Assembly (NCBI GenBank): GCA_050613775.1
Contig: JBODTK010000001.1
Span: 1,240,001 to 1,304,000 of the forward strand
Source of the DNA: Neocallimastix sp. 'constans'
Taxonomy: Eukaryota
DNA length: 64,000 nucleotides
Reading direction: 5' to 3'
The notes beneath the pieces were generated by a model. That model ran no database searches, was not told the DNA's origin, and worked only from the letters and a program-made list of their open reading frames with translations. Position 1 is the stretch's first letter, and each line of letters starts with the position of its first letter. Below, one piece after another: positions 1 through 13,763 of this stretch. A program made the position numbers and the translations under genes.

Positions 1-406
1 ATGACTAATTTGGTAATTCAATATTAAGAATTAATAAGAATGATATAATAGAAATGAAACATTAATGAATATTCTAACGAAATTTGAAAAAAAAAAAAAA
101 AAAAAAAAAAAAACAATAAAACCTCTATTTTTTCAAAATAACATATAGAGTATATTATAATATAAATATAATATAAATTTAATTTATATATATATATAAT
201 AAAATTAAATATATACATAATAAAATATATATATATATATAAAATAGAATATATAAAAATAAGGTATCAAATAAAAAGAATATTAAAAAGAAATTTTAAT
301 AAAAAAAAAAAAAAATAAAAATAAAAATAAAGCTAATGTAATATAATAAAAGTAATGAGAAAATTTAAAAACAATTTTAGTATTATAAAATGAATAGAAA
401 TGATTT

Positions 407-850
407 CTACCAAAAATATTTAATAGAATAAAACAAAGAAGACTGTAAAGTAAATAGTGCGGTGACTACTGAACTCTTCCTTGAACCAAGAGTAATATTA
501 TCAGGAGAGTCAATTTCCGTAGATTTGTTGTGTGAAGAACGATTATTACTATTTGGGTTAAGATGTACCAGAAGGACTAGTAATATATAAAGATTCTTCT
601 TTGCCATATCGGTCCAACGTTGACTCTTTTGGTTGTGAAGGACCTATTACTATACCAATCAAAGAGTAACTCAAGAGAGCATTGATATAATGTGGGTAAA
701 ATAATCCGTGAGGCTAACTACATACAAAACATTAGACCCAGAATATTTTAATAGAAGTTCTTTTAGATGTCTTTGTTCTCCATTACTGAATTATAGTGCA
801 TCTAAAGCTAAAGTTCCATCAAGAAAGAACATTAAAATATATTCAATAAT
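407..850 (-). mobile_element. Decayed fragment of the LINE ORF2 C-terminal region (copy 1 of 4)
   Basis: GC-richer island. It shares 'taaagctaaagttcca(t/c)caagaa' with ~28228-28250. The minus strand reads FLDGTLALDAL*FSNGEQRHLKELLL versus LLGGTLALNELHFDRGEQRHLNELLF in the 28 kb copy, and KRVNVGPIWQ versus KSVDIVLIRH. The homologous segment lies downstream of the RT in the 8.9-11.7 kb LINE. Confidence 0.6.
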
Positions 851-1625
851 TTACTTTTCACAATCTAAAATGGATGAATAGAAAGAAAATAAATAATAAT
901 AATAATGATAATAATAAATTAAAATATGGCATATATTCATAAAGAATAACTAATTTTTTACTAACTCAAAGTTCATAGAATAAAAATAATATATTTCTTG
1001 TTTATAGATTTAAATCGTAAACATTATGTTATATATATATATATATATATATATTTTAATAAAGATACTAAATTAATAAATAATATATAAATTATATAAA
1101 AAATACAGAAAAAGAAATAATAAATGTATGCTTCATTTTATTTTTATTTGTATTTTTATTTATATTTTTATATGTAATTTTATTTGTTTTTATATTTGCA
1201 TTTGTATATGTATATGTATTTGTATTTTAATTTTTACTTTTATTTTTATTTATATTTTTACTTTTATTTTTATTTTTATTTATATTTTTACTTTTATTTA
1301 TATTTTTATTTTATTAATATTCTTATTTAATTTTTTTTTTATTACTATTAATATTATTATTAATTAAATTATATATTAAACAATAAAAAATAATATATAC
1401 AATTATAAAAATTTAAAAAAAAAAAATTAAATAAAAATAAAAAAAAAAGAAAAATAAAAATAAAAAAAAAAAAAAGAAAAAGAAAAATATAAAAATAAAA
1501 ACTAATAAAAATTAATAAAAAATAAAATAAATCTTAATTCAATCATTATACTAAAATTGTTTTTCATATTTATAAGATTAATTATTATTATTAACAATTA
1601 TTATTAACAATTATTATTGTTATTA

Positions 1626-1666
<41 letters not shown>

Positions 1667-2238
1667 GTCAATTAAAGAAAAAAGTTTTTTTTTTTTTTTA
1701 TTGTTTGTTAAATGTATAAATATAATAATAAAAATTATATATAAATATATATTGTGGGAAATATATAAGAAAAAGGAAAGAATTATTTCTAAAAGTATTT
1801 TTTTTTTTTTTTTTTTTTTTTAATAAAAATACTAAATAGGTAAAGGGAAGGGAAAATTTTATATTTCATAAATGATAATGACAATAATAACCATTGGTCT
1901 TAAAAAAGATTATATATATATTATAAATTATTTTATTTTATTTTTTTTAATATAAAATTTTTTTTATTATCATTTTCTGTTGTGTCTTTTTTTTGTTTGT
2001 TTGTTTGTTTGTTTTTTGTTTTTTTTTTGATTTTTTTTGATTATTTGTTTTCTGTTTATGTTTTGTCAATCATAAAAATCTTTTCTTCTCTTTTCATTTC
2101 TTTATAATAAATTAAAAAAAAAAATATTATTATCATTTATTTTATTGGTTCTATTTTTAATTTTTTTTTTTTTGCTTTTGTTTTTTTTTGTTTTTGTTAT
2201 TGTTTTATTTTGTTTTATATAATTTTATTTTATTTAGT

Positions 2239-4544
2239 TTATCTAAAGTTATAGAAACAACTTTTTCTATTTATTGTCTTTCTTCTAATATTTTCACGTT
2301 CAATCATATCAGTATAGGCCCAAAGTTCTATATCAATAATTCTAAAATCTTTTTCGGAAGAAAGAGCTTCATTATTGTAGGTATCACATGGGGAACTACT
2401 ACCTTTATTTAAATTGGAATCTAAATAAAGACCAGCATGACCATCACCAGCACCTAAGGATATATGTTCATTATCACTATAGATACACAAGTAATTTTTT
2501 TCAGACCATTTAAAAATTTTTATGATATTGGAACCATAAGTTGTACTTTGATCGGTATCTACCTTCCAAAGGAAGCATTCTCCATCCCCATAGAAATGGT
2601 TAGTTGGATGGAAGGCTTCAGTGATGAAAGCTCCAAAAACATTATCTAAATCATCACGAACAAGTAAAACTTGAGGTTGTTGGAAGGAAGATCCAACGAC
2701 ACTTCGCGAATAAAAGGTTCTTAAACTTGAACCATGCATTCTTAATGAATAAAGTAGGGTCATGCTACGTTTAATTTGGAAACGTTTAGGAATAGCAGTA
2801 TAAATGGAAGAGGCGATAACAGAATTTAAAATTACACTATTATCATCAACCGGAATTAAATCATCTAAACCACGAATACCTTCATAAATATAATTTTCTT
2901 TTTCTGGATTAGGCCAAAGGAATTCAAATGGTGGGGGTGAAAGTTCTACTTTTTGTTTATGAATAAGTGATAAAATCTCTTGTTTGACGGAAGGAGAAGA
3001 GCATCTCAATTGCATGTAAGATTTTTGACTTGGCATATTAAACATTTGAGAGAAACTCATCTTTTTATGATTATATTTTAAAGGAGTTGAGGAACTATTT
3101 TTACGACTACTACTCATACGACTACTACGATCATAATTTGAAGAAGTAATACTTGGAGTACTATTCAACTGTTTTATAAAACTAATATCTGCAGTGTTTT
3201 CAATAATAGAACTATAGTCTTCATAATCATTCGTAATAACAATAGAGTAATCATTCCTACTAGAATAACGATACAAACTTTGAAAATAAAAAGTAATAAC
3301 GCTTTCAGAATTATTACTACTACTTATTGTTGTTGAAGGATAAGTATTAGTATCATGGAATAAATCAGAATCATAATCAGAACTGGAATCTTCATCTATA
3401 TCTAAAATACGATAATCTACCATTTTCTTAAAAGTATATCTATTAGTTTTTTTATTATATCTTGCAAATACAATTAAATCTGTAAATATACCAATTTTCA
3501 TATTAGTATAAGTATCTACATCTATTAAATTATTAAATGTTTTAATTAATTTTCTTGAAGAAAGTACCAAAGATGATGGACTTTATAAAAAAAAAAATGA
3601 AATGATAATGAATATAATAATAATTAAAAAAAATAATATTATTATTATTAATTTTAATATTATATATATATATATATATATTTATTTACATCCATGAATA
3701 TTAAATAAAATTAAATTAATATAAATATTTTATATTTACATTTTATATATAATAAAAGTAAAATAAAAATAAAATAATATATATATATTTTCACTTACCA
3801 ATTTTCAATAGAATTCTTAAAAGTATATAAATTTTGAAGTTCCTTTTCACGATCACTAGCATTTTTTAAATCATCCTTTAAATCTTCCATAAAAAGTAAA
3901 GCTTCATCAATAATTTCATTATATTGTTGTTGTTGATCTTTAGAAATTTTTTGTACGATATGTAAAACATTGATGTATTTTTCAATACGTTCAATAGGTA
4001 ATTCTAAAATATTTTGTATATCTTCAAATTTACCTAAAGCTTTCTTTTTTTTTAATGAACTAAGAAAATTACGAAATATGGTACGTTCAGAACTAAGACG
4101 TTTAATAGCTGTGGAAGAAATTGAAAAATAACTAATATACTTGATATAAACTTCAAATTTTTTAGCATATTCTAAAAAGATATTAGCAATAGTTTCTGAA
4201 GTAAAATCATTTGGTTCAATAGTATTCAATGCTTGTTTGAAAGCCTTACAAAGGCTCCAACTTAACTGAAAAATTTCCGGAATCCCTTTAAATATTAAAT
4301 CTAAATCTTTTTGTAAAAGAATTGGTTTTTTATTTTTTATACTATATTGAATTGGATATTTAACTTTTTCAATTAAAATTTTTATGTTATTCACATATTG
4401 GAATTCAGAAAGATATAAAACTTTAACAACTTCATGATAACTATTTTTTTTATAATTATAATCATTGGTTAATACTTTCTTATTATTTTCTCCTTCTTTC
4501 CCTATTATAGGTTTTAGGGTAGCAGTTTCTTCAACAGCATTCAT
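2239..4544 (-). CDS. DH (RhoGEF-like)-PH-TLDc domain fusion protein, 2 exons (4544-3799, 3580-2239), ~695 aa
   Basis: Exon 1 has DH hallmarks (LSEFQYV..LDLIFKGIPEI..IANIFL..FEVYIKYI..LPIERIEKY). A GTAAGT donor at 3798 and AG acceptor at 3582-3581 join in frame to give ENCPSSLVLSSRKLI, a typical DH-PH junction. The C-terminus is a clear TLDc domain (LLYSLRMHGSSLRTFY..VFGAF..FYGDGECFLW..GAGDGHAGLYLD..GSSSPCDTYNNEAL..IELW). Confidence 0.85.
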
Positions 4545-7500
4545 TTTTTTTTTTTTTCTTAATATTTATATTTATTATTGAGTATTTAACCTTCCTTTTT
4601 ATTATTATTTAATGACAAATATTAAATTAAGAAAAAGGAAAAAAAAATGTATTGTTACATATAAATATAATAATAAATAATATTTTATTTTATATTATAT
4701 AAATCTTACCTTCAGTAATAATTATATATTGTAATATATATAGTATTTATATATATTTATATAAAGCAACTTTAATGATACTTGGTATAATCTATTAATA
4801 TATAAATACTTTTAATTTTTTTATCCTTATTATTTTCTTTTATATAATTTATATATTATTATAATTATTATTTTTTTTTTTTTAAATAAAAAAAAAAAAC
4901 TAATTTTTATAATTTCTCTTTGTTTAATAGTAATTATGTTTTATTATAACTAAAAAATTTTGAATTATAATATTATGTCGATTAAAAATATGCTATATTA
5001 GAAAATAAAATAATAGCATATACGACAAATTATTATATAAAATGGTATATTTTAACAATGTTGAATTAAAGGTATATTAATAAACTATTATTAAAAATAT
5101 ATTAACGTTCTTCATAAATTAAAATGTTTCAATTGTTAAATTTGTTTAATACAAATTATATTAATTGAATATTAATTGAAAATTATAAATGTTATATTTG
5201 CATGAAATATATATATATATATAAATAAAATTAAAATAAAATAAAATAAAAAAATTGATGTTCAATATTAATTTATTTTATTTTATTTTTTAAGCAATAA
5301 CTTATTTTTATCAATAATAGATTGGATAAATGAATAGTTTAAAAAAATAATTAAAATACTTTTTTAAATGAATATTAAAATAATTAATGATGAATGAAGT
5401 CTTATTTAATTTTCAAAAATATAAATATTATATTCTGATATATATTATTATGAGTGTTGTTAAAAAAAATAAATAAATAAAAAATAAAAAATAAAAATCC
5501 TAATAAAAATAATATTAAGATTAATTTTTAATTATAATTGTATTAGTACTTTAACTTTAATAAATTATAATATATCTTTTAATATTCTTATTATTATCTC
5601 TTTGACTTAACACCTAATAATTTGTTATAATAATAAAAATATTTTTCTGATTTGTAATTTACCTATAATACAATTTGATATATCTATATTTTTTTTAAAA
5701 AATTTTTATATATCAATTTTATTGTTTTTGTTCGTTTAGTTTTTGTTTGTTTTTGTTTGTTTTTGTTTGTTTTTGCTTGTTCGTTCGTTTAGAAATTATT
5801 GTAATTATTTAATATTACGTATTAAATTAATTTTAACTGTAAAACTATAACTAATAAATAAATAATTGTTTTTGTCCTTCGTTTTCAGTTGTTGTTGTTT
5901 TAGAAATTACAAAAAAAAATAGAGATATATTAAGTTCTTATAAATCTCACAATAAAATTGAATATTACAATTTTGTGTTATTTTTGTTAATAAAAATACA
6001 TTAATATAGAAAATTTATTTGTAATTTCTTTTTATTTTAAAAAAAAATATTAATTTTTTATGAGTATTTAAAATGATTATTTCTTTTAATTAATATTTTA
6101 CTTCTATTTTTTTTTGTCTTGATTTCTTCAAATTATAAAGCTAAATAATAAAAGTAGAATGTTTACTTTTACTATAAATAGATTAACTTTATTTTTTATC
6201 TTTATTTTATACTAAATAATAAATGTAATAAAATTTTATATATTACTAATAGCAATAGCTTTCTCTTTTATTAAAATAATTATTAGTTCTTTCTCTTTCT
6301 TTTTTTTCAATATTATTAATGAAAAACATCTATATAACAAAATATATATATTATATTTTAAAAAAGAGACCACTTTATTTATATAAATTAATTTCTTTTT
6401 TTTCTTTTTTCTTTTTTTTCTTTCTATTTTCTTTTTTTTTTTTTTTTTTTTCTGTTCTTTATTATTAATTTCACAGTAACTTGCTTCTTTTATTTCATTT
6501 ATGTTCTTTTTTTTTAATTTTAAATAAGAATTTTTTTTTTTTTATATCATTTAACGTATTTTAAAATAAAATAAATACAAAAAATAAAAAAAAAAAAAAA
6601 TATATATATATATAAAAGTTAACTTTTTATTGTTTATTTTTTATTATTTATTACAGTTTCAAATCTTATATATTATTATTGTTTTATATTAATTTTTTTA
6701 TCATTGTTAATTATTATATACAAATAATTAAAATGTTACTCTAAACTCTAAAATTAATATATTACACTCGTACCTAATTTAATTATTTTAATATAAAATA
6801 AATAATAATTTATACTATTCTGTATATCTTTTTACATATAGAATCATCTTCATATTTTCTATCCCTTTTCATATGGAAAATAATAATCAATACAACCATA
6901 TATAATTATATATCACATTCAACAATAATATATTTATTTGTTATATTTATTTGTTAAAATTATTTATTTTTATTTTTAAGTAAAAAAAAAAAAAAAATTA
7001 CTATTTTTTTTTTTTTTAATCTTTTTTCTTACAACAATATGTTATAATTAATAATAATAGTATAAAATAAAAGATGTTCTAATAAATATTAATGTCACTA
7101 TTAAAAAACTTATATTAGAACATGTATAAATTATACTATATTGGATATATTAATCACTCATTATTATTTACTCTTTTTTTTAAACAAATACTAGTAAACT
7201 AGAACTTAATAAGATTATTTATTACATATCGAACTCCTGTAACAAAAATACTGATATATATATGTATATATAATTATTTATTACATATCAAACTTTGTAA
7301 CAAAAAATACTGAAATATACATATATATATAACATTATAGCATTGATATATAAAAAATATTATTATCTAATAATTTTCTTAAAATATAATAATAGTTAAA
7401 ACAAATATAAGATAGTAAAACAATAAAAAAATAATGAATATATAATAATAATAAATTATAAAATTAAATGAAAAACTAAAAGAAAAGAAAATACTCTGAA

Positions 7501-8919
7501 AAATTACTGACTGACTTTCAAAAAAAAAAAATTTTAGTACAACCTCGAATTTTTTTAACAAAAAAAATTTTAAATTTTTAAAATTTCATTCGTTTATCTA
7601 AAAACACAATATTATATATTGTAATAAATTATAATATATATTAATTCAAATATAAAATATGATTTAAAGTTTTTTTTTTTTAATTTATTTATGTACAACT
7701 TTTCCTAACAAATATAAAAAAAAAAATATAAATAAAAAATTTTTAAATTTTTGCTTTAATTTGTTTTAATTTTGTGCAACCATTCAAAAAAAATAAAATT
7801 GTTAAATATATGAATAAAACTATATAAATAAATATATTAAAATCATATGAAATATATTGACAATATAATTTGTTATTTATTTCGTAACAATTAATTAAAT
7901 ATTGAATAATTTTATTCCATATATATTCCATATATAGGAAAAAAAAAAAAAAAAGGATATTTTAATTTTTATTTATTTATCCAAACGGAAAATTGAAATT
8001 ATTTAATAAATAATAATTAATAAATATAATTATATTTATAATAAATATAATTATACAGAATAATTTAGATGAATATGTTGCATTTCGGAACGTGGCTAAT
8101 AAATTAGATTTTAATTTGTAATTTAACGCCCCACATTTTATTTTTTTAAATAATTGTAAATAAATTTACATAAATAGAAATAAATATAAAATATTAAAAA
8201 ATATCTTAAATACCAAAATATATCTTTAAAAAATATTAATAAAATAATATTACTTTATTATTATTTTAGCGAAAAAAATATCCTTAAATTTAGATATTAT
8301 TAAATGTTATTAAATATTATTTAATTATTTATTAACAATTTAAATATTATTATTTATTTATTTAATATAATTCAAGCCACTCTTATATAATCAGTTTATT
8401 TAAGTACGCCATATATCATTTAAAGCCATGCTCCAAAATTCAAAACTCCCAATTTTGAGACCAGAAAATCAACCTATATTTAAGCAATATATGGAAATAA
8501 TTAAAAACAAAGTTAGTTTATAATATCTAGTAGATTCATTTATTATTATTTTTAAAAACAAACAATAATAAGCAGGTTAAAAAATAAAGTTATATATGAC
8601 AAATAAATAATTAATTTTTGAGCAAAAAGAATTTATTAAATATAAAAATTTGCATATTAAAAAGATGAAAGTTGGTGTAAAAAATTTATAAATATTATTA
8701 ATGAAATACAAATAATACATTGTTTTATATATGCATAATTATATTATACACATACTTTAATAATAAAAATAAATTATAATAAAAAATAATTATAAAAATA
8801 TATAATAATTTTTTTTTTTTTTAGACTAGGAATAAATTTTATTTAATAATATTTATTATATAAAAAAAATACATTAAAGTAAAATACATGAAATTTTTCA
8901 CATTAATATTATAAAACTA

Positions 8920-9320
8920 TGTTATGACTTTTGAGGACAACATGACCTCTAATTTGTCCTCTTTATCGATAATAACTCCATGTAGGTAAAAATTATCATA
9001 TAATCTGTATCAGACTTTCTTTTTTGCCTTATCCTTTCAACATCGACGCTCTTGACAACGGTAGGTCTAATTATAATAGAAATTGATTATAGTGTAAAAA
9101 CTACTAATTACAATAGGTACAGTATTAATAAGGAATTCCATAAACTTCATAAATATGAAGTCAGGAAAAAAGACTCTCATGAAGGTAATTAAAACATTTT
9201 TTTAATAAAATGCCCCCCGAACTGATCTATAAGATTTCATACACTTCATTTCCACCCAAGAAGGAGTCATAGTACCTACAATTTAATATTATCATTAAAA
9301 TTTTCTTTTTTGTCATTAGG

Positions 9321-9360
<40 letters not shown>

Positions 9361-9598
9361 TTCTTATGAACAATCAGAGAAAAATTATATAAGAATTTCA
9401 TCAACAAATTGAATGAATTGTTACTTAGATTCTTCAAATATAGGAAATAAAAGTATCCAGTGAGTAAAACTAAGTATGCTGTTACTTACACCACAAGGGC
9501 AACATGTTGGTCAATTTTCTGATATCATTTTGTTTTTTGTTTTTTTTTTACATAAGGTATTACATTATATTTGAATCTACATTTAAATTCATTCATTC

Positions 9599-9632
<34 letters not shown>

Positions 9633-11700
9633 AAGAGAAAATTGTGAATATTTTGGAGATGGACGTTGAATAAATTTTTTCAAAAGTAAATTTAAACTTC
9701 TTATTTTTAATTGATTTAATTACAATAGTACTTTTTTTTTTTTTTTATTTCCGGTGTGTAATCGCTCTTGATTTCAGCCCCTCCCCCTCAGGGGCTAATG
9801 AGCTACGTACTAGAGGAGTACTTGTATAATGAACATTTTCCAATTAAAATTTTTGTAATTTTCCAGGAAGGGTGATTGCGTATTACTAATATACGGGCTT
9901 TTTTTTTTTCTACAAATAATATGAGAGTGTTGGTATAATTTTAACTAAATGAGAAATAATATAAGGATAAATAGTTCCTTAAACATATTATAAATAATAG
10001 TATTGGAAGTCTTATTTTTTAAACCTAAAACTCCAAAACAAACCTCGATTAAAAGTAGTTTAAGTTTTTTTCAGTATTCATTTTATTAATCTTTTAGTAA
10101 AAGTACATAGTAAAGAACTGAACTAAGAACAAGGGAGACTAAAATATAAGTTTTGAAGTAGAAAAAAAGTACGTCCCTATTGATTAAAATTTTCAAAGAA
10201 AGAGTTAACCGTATAATTTTATTTTACAGTTCATCTTAGCAATAATAGGCTCTAAATTCAATGAATTCATTGAACGGTATTCCAAGCTATGTGCATTAAT
10301 TAGTGCTTTGTAGATGGAGACGGTTCACACCAAGCTTAAATGTAGAATTTTCATAATGTCTTGAAGGTACAAAGTTCTATTGCTTAGTAATAAGTGTAGC
10401 TCATATATTAATTTTAAAGGTTATTTTATTTTTGATACCCCAATCATAAACTTTTATTTAAAAGGTTTTTAAGAGAGGATTTTGAGGAGACCAACAAAAC
10501 AATATCGTCAGCAAACAAGCCACCACAACACTTTCTTTTTTTCACTAATCACACTATATCTCTTGCATTTATCAAATATGCCAATGATAAATATATTAAA
10601 TAAAATGGGTGAGAAGAGACATTCTTGGCGAACACCATGATATATTAGAAATTTTTTTTGAAAGAGTTTACTATTAAATTTTGCACGAGCTTTTGATATA
10701 AGGTATTGACTAATGATGAACTGACTGAAGGCATTTACCACAAATACCAATATTAATAAGATTTTTAAGTATATCATAAATTGGAACTAAATCAAAAGCT
10801 TTTTTTTTTTTTTTTTTGAGAGGTCAAGAAAAGCAAGAAAGGTGAATTGATCATTATATTTTCTTCTTTGGCAAATTTTACGAATGGAGACAAATAAACA
10901 GATACATTCTTCTTTATTTCCAAAAACCAAACTGTTCCGGTCCAATAATTTCATGAGAAAAAGAAACATAGTCAGCAATTCTTTTAGTGACAATTTTTGA
11001 CAGAATCTTTAAATCTACATTTTGTTAAATTTTATTTGAAGAACAGTAGAGTAGAGTGAATTTCTGATATTGAAATTAGTTGATTAATGTCCCATGATTC
11101 CTGAGGAGAAGAAGAATTGCTTATAGAATTCTTTTCCAAAAACTTTTAATAAGACTAATCACTAACCCTGTAGACCTTTAAGGAACTCTTGCTTAAATTT
11201 CATCACCTACTTCATTGGCTTGGCTTTAAGAAGAAGTTTCTTTACCATTGCATTAGAATTCAGATGATCAATATGTTCATATTCATTCAGTAAAACACGT
11301 GAATTTATTATGAGAGAAAATTGCTTTATGTTTATCCTTACAAATTCGACTAGACCATTTAATTTTTTTTATTTTTTTACCAGGAGGCCGCTTAGGTATA
11401 ACCATCAGAAGATAGAGATGCTTTTATACAGGAAAGAATAAGTGAATGGTATTATTAATAGAGTTGCATATAGAAAATCTAAGGTTAAGATCTTTAAGTT
11501 GCTGTTAAAGTCATGTTGAAATCATCAACAATAACAGAAGAGTTATTCTGGTGATTCATGAGCCAATTAGCAAAATCATTTGTAATCATTTTTATCTCAA
11601 GAAGGGATTAATATATAGAACACTATCAGAGATAGGAATAGTGGGTTCAGAATAATACCTAGTTCTATTATAATTTTTAGTGCTAAATGTACAAATCTTT
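8920..11700 (-). mobile_element. Degenerate non-LTR (LINE) retrotransposon, RT through CCHC/C-terminal region
   Basis: Minus-strand RT motifs occur in order in broken frames: FTFLAFLDL (~10830), GVRQECLFSPILFNIFI (~10600), LFADDIVL (~10500), *LGIPF (~10280). They are followed by a decayed Cys/His knuckle PTCCPCG..SFTHWILL (~9450-9510) and a C-terminal segment (KSVDVERIRQ, ~9040). Many stops and frameshifts; boundaries approximate. Confidence 0.85.
9732..9898 (-). mobile_element. Short 3' end of a poly-A retroposon inserted into an A-run of the LINE
   Basis: Poly-T followed by 'atttccggtgtgta', identical to the start of the element at ~48333. Internal GC hairpin agcccct...aggggct (~9776-9796). 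T-runs flank both sides. Confidence 0.6.
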
Positions 11701-12054
11701 GATGTTAATCTTCCAATTTATTTTAATAATAATCCGTATTATTATTAAATTTAAGAGTTAATTATAATAATAGTACGGATTATATGAAGGTTATTTATAT
11801 GATTACAAAGCACTTACTGGATAGAAGGATGAAATAGTTTTCCATACTAAAATAGTGTTTTTTTTTTTTTTTTTTTTAACAATTCCAATTTTTTAATTGT
11901 CATGCTGTCATGTTACAACCAAAACGTTTCATACCTTTACGTAGAGTTTGACATTTCAAAATAAGAACTATGTTATATTTATAAAAAAAAATATAAAAAT
12001 AAAATAAAAAATTTAGTAAATAAGTAAAAGTATAAAAAAAAAAAAAAAAAAAAA

Positions 12055-12096
<42 letters not shown>

Positions 12097-12144
12097 AAAT
12101 TAAAAATATTAAAAATAAATTAATTACTGTATTTTTTTCTTTTG

Positions 12145-12179
<35 letters not shown>

Positions 12180-12249
12180 TTATTTTTATTTTTATATATT
12201 GCATTTATTTCACTTGGATTTACAACCTAATGGAAAAATAAAAATAAAA

Positions 12250-12291
<42 letters not shown>

Positions 12292-12431
12292 AAAATTGTT
12301 AGTGAATAGTTTTAATTGATAAAAATATTGATATAAAATTATGTTGTAATTTTTTATAATTCTCTATTGTTATCTAAAAATACTTTTATCATATAATTAT
12401 TGATGAAGAAATAAAAATATTAATAAAAATA

Positions 12432-12468
<37 letters not shown>

Positions 12469-12585
12469 TGTATAGGATATTAGATATCAAAAGTAATTTA
12501 AAAAAAAAAAAAAAAAAAAAATTCATGAGGTAGAACGAATAATTCTTACAGGACTATACAAATATACCATTATTACATAACCATC

Positions 12586-12630
<45 letters not shown>

Positions 12631-12727
12631 ATTTGAATTTTAAGGTTATATTATATGCTCTACATGAATGATATATATATGTATATCCTCAACATAAATG
12701 ATTTATATGAAAAAATAGCAAATATAC

Positions 12728-12762
<35 letters not shown>

Positions 12763-13162
12763 GTTACATTGGAAGAAAAAATGATATTATCTCTTAAAAA
12801 AAAAAAAATTTTTTTTTTTAAATAAATTTTTATAAATAATATCGATGACAAACAACTGCAAATAAGCAGTTGTACCAAAAAACATTTATTATACAATGAA
12901 TAGATTTTTTTTTTTACTATCACCTTTACATCCTTGATGAGAAATAAATAATAATAATAATAAATAATAAATTATTTTAAATAAATTATAATAATTATAA
13001 TACATTTTTTATTTTTTGAATTTTTTATTTTTTTTTTTTATTCATATATAGTAGTTTAATAAAGTATATATATTTATTTAAAATAATTTTAAAAAGATTA
13101 AAAAATAAAAAATAAAAAATAAATAAAATTAATACATCATAATACAAGATTTAAAGAAATGA

Positions 13163-13195
<33 letters not shown>

Positions 13196-13616
13196 GGAGA
13201 TATATAAATTAAATACTTTTTTTTTTATTTATTTATTTATGTATATATATAAAATAGAATAATTAAAAGATAAAAGAATAAAAAACAAATTATATATATA
13301 CGTATTAATTATTGTTATATATGTGTTCATAAATAGTGTTTATTGTATTTTTATGAATTGTATTTTTTTTTTTTATAATTTTAAATAAAAAAATTTATTT
13401 GATAATATGTATTTTAATTATTATAAAAATAAAAATAAAAATAAAATAAAATAAAATAAAATAAAGAAAACAATCAATAATTAAGAGACATATTATTTAT
13501 ATATTTTAATTACATTACTATTATTCATTAGTTTATTATTTATTATTATTGATAATCATTTTTGAATCATATAAAATTAATTTAATGAAATAGCTTTGAA
13601 AATAGTTAATAATATA

Positions 13617-13688
<72 letters not shown>

Positions 13689-13726
13689 TATTTATTTATA
13701 TATTATATACATATATATAGATTTTT

Positions 13727-13759
<33 letters not shown>

Positions 13760-13763
13760 GAAT

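Noticed and set aside
24..1823. Short hydrophobic F/I/Y-rich ORFs here and elsewhere (e.g. 22737, 46679, 53990, 57602, 60738)
   Set aside because: Chance translations of homopolymer and satellite DNA with no domain motifs or splice support.
9724..11776. AATAGTAC as an 8-bp TSD around a LINE spanning 9732-11768
   Set aside because: A short AT-rich match. LINE homology continues to the left of 9724, and the right copy is part of an inverted repeat arm.
12520..12945. Short complex islands between poly-A runs, including an 8-bp stem acaactgc/gcagttgt (12852-12873); possible snoRNA or exon
   Set aside because: No paired C/D or H/ACA boxes and no coherent spliced frame found.
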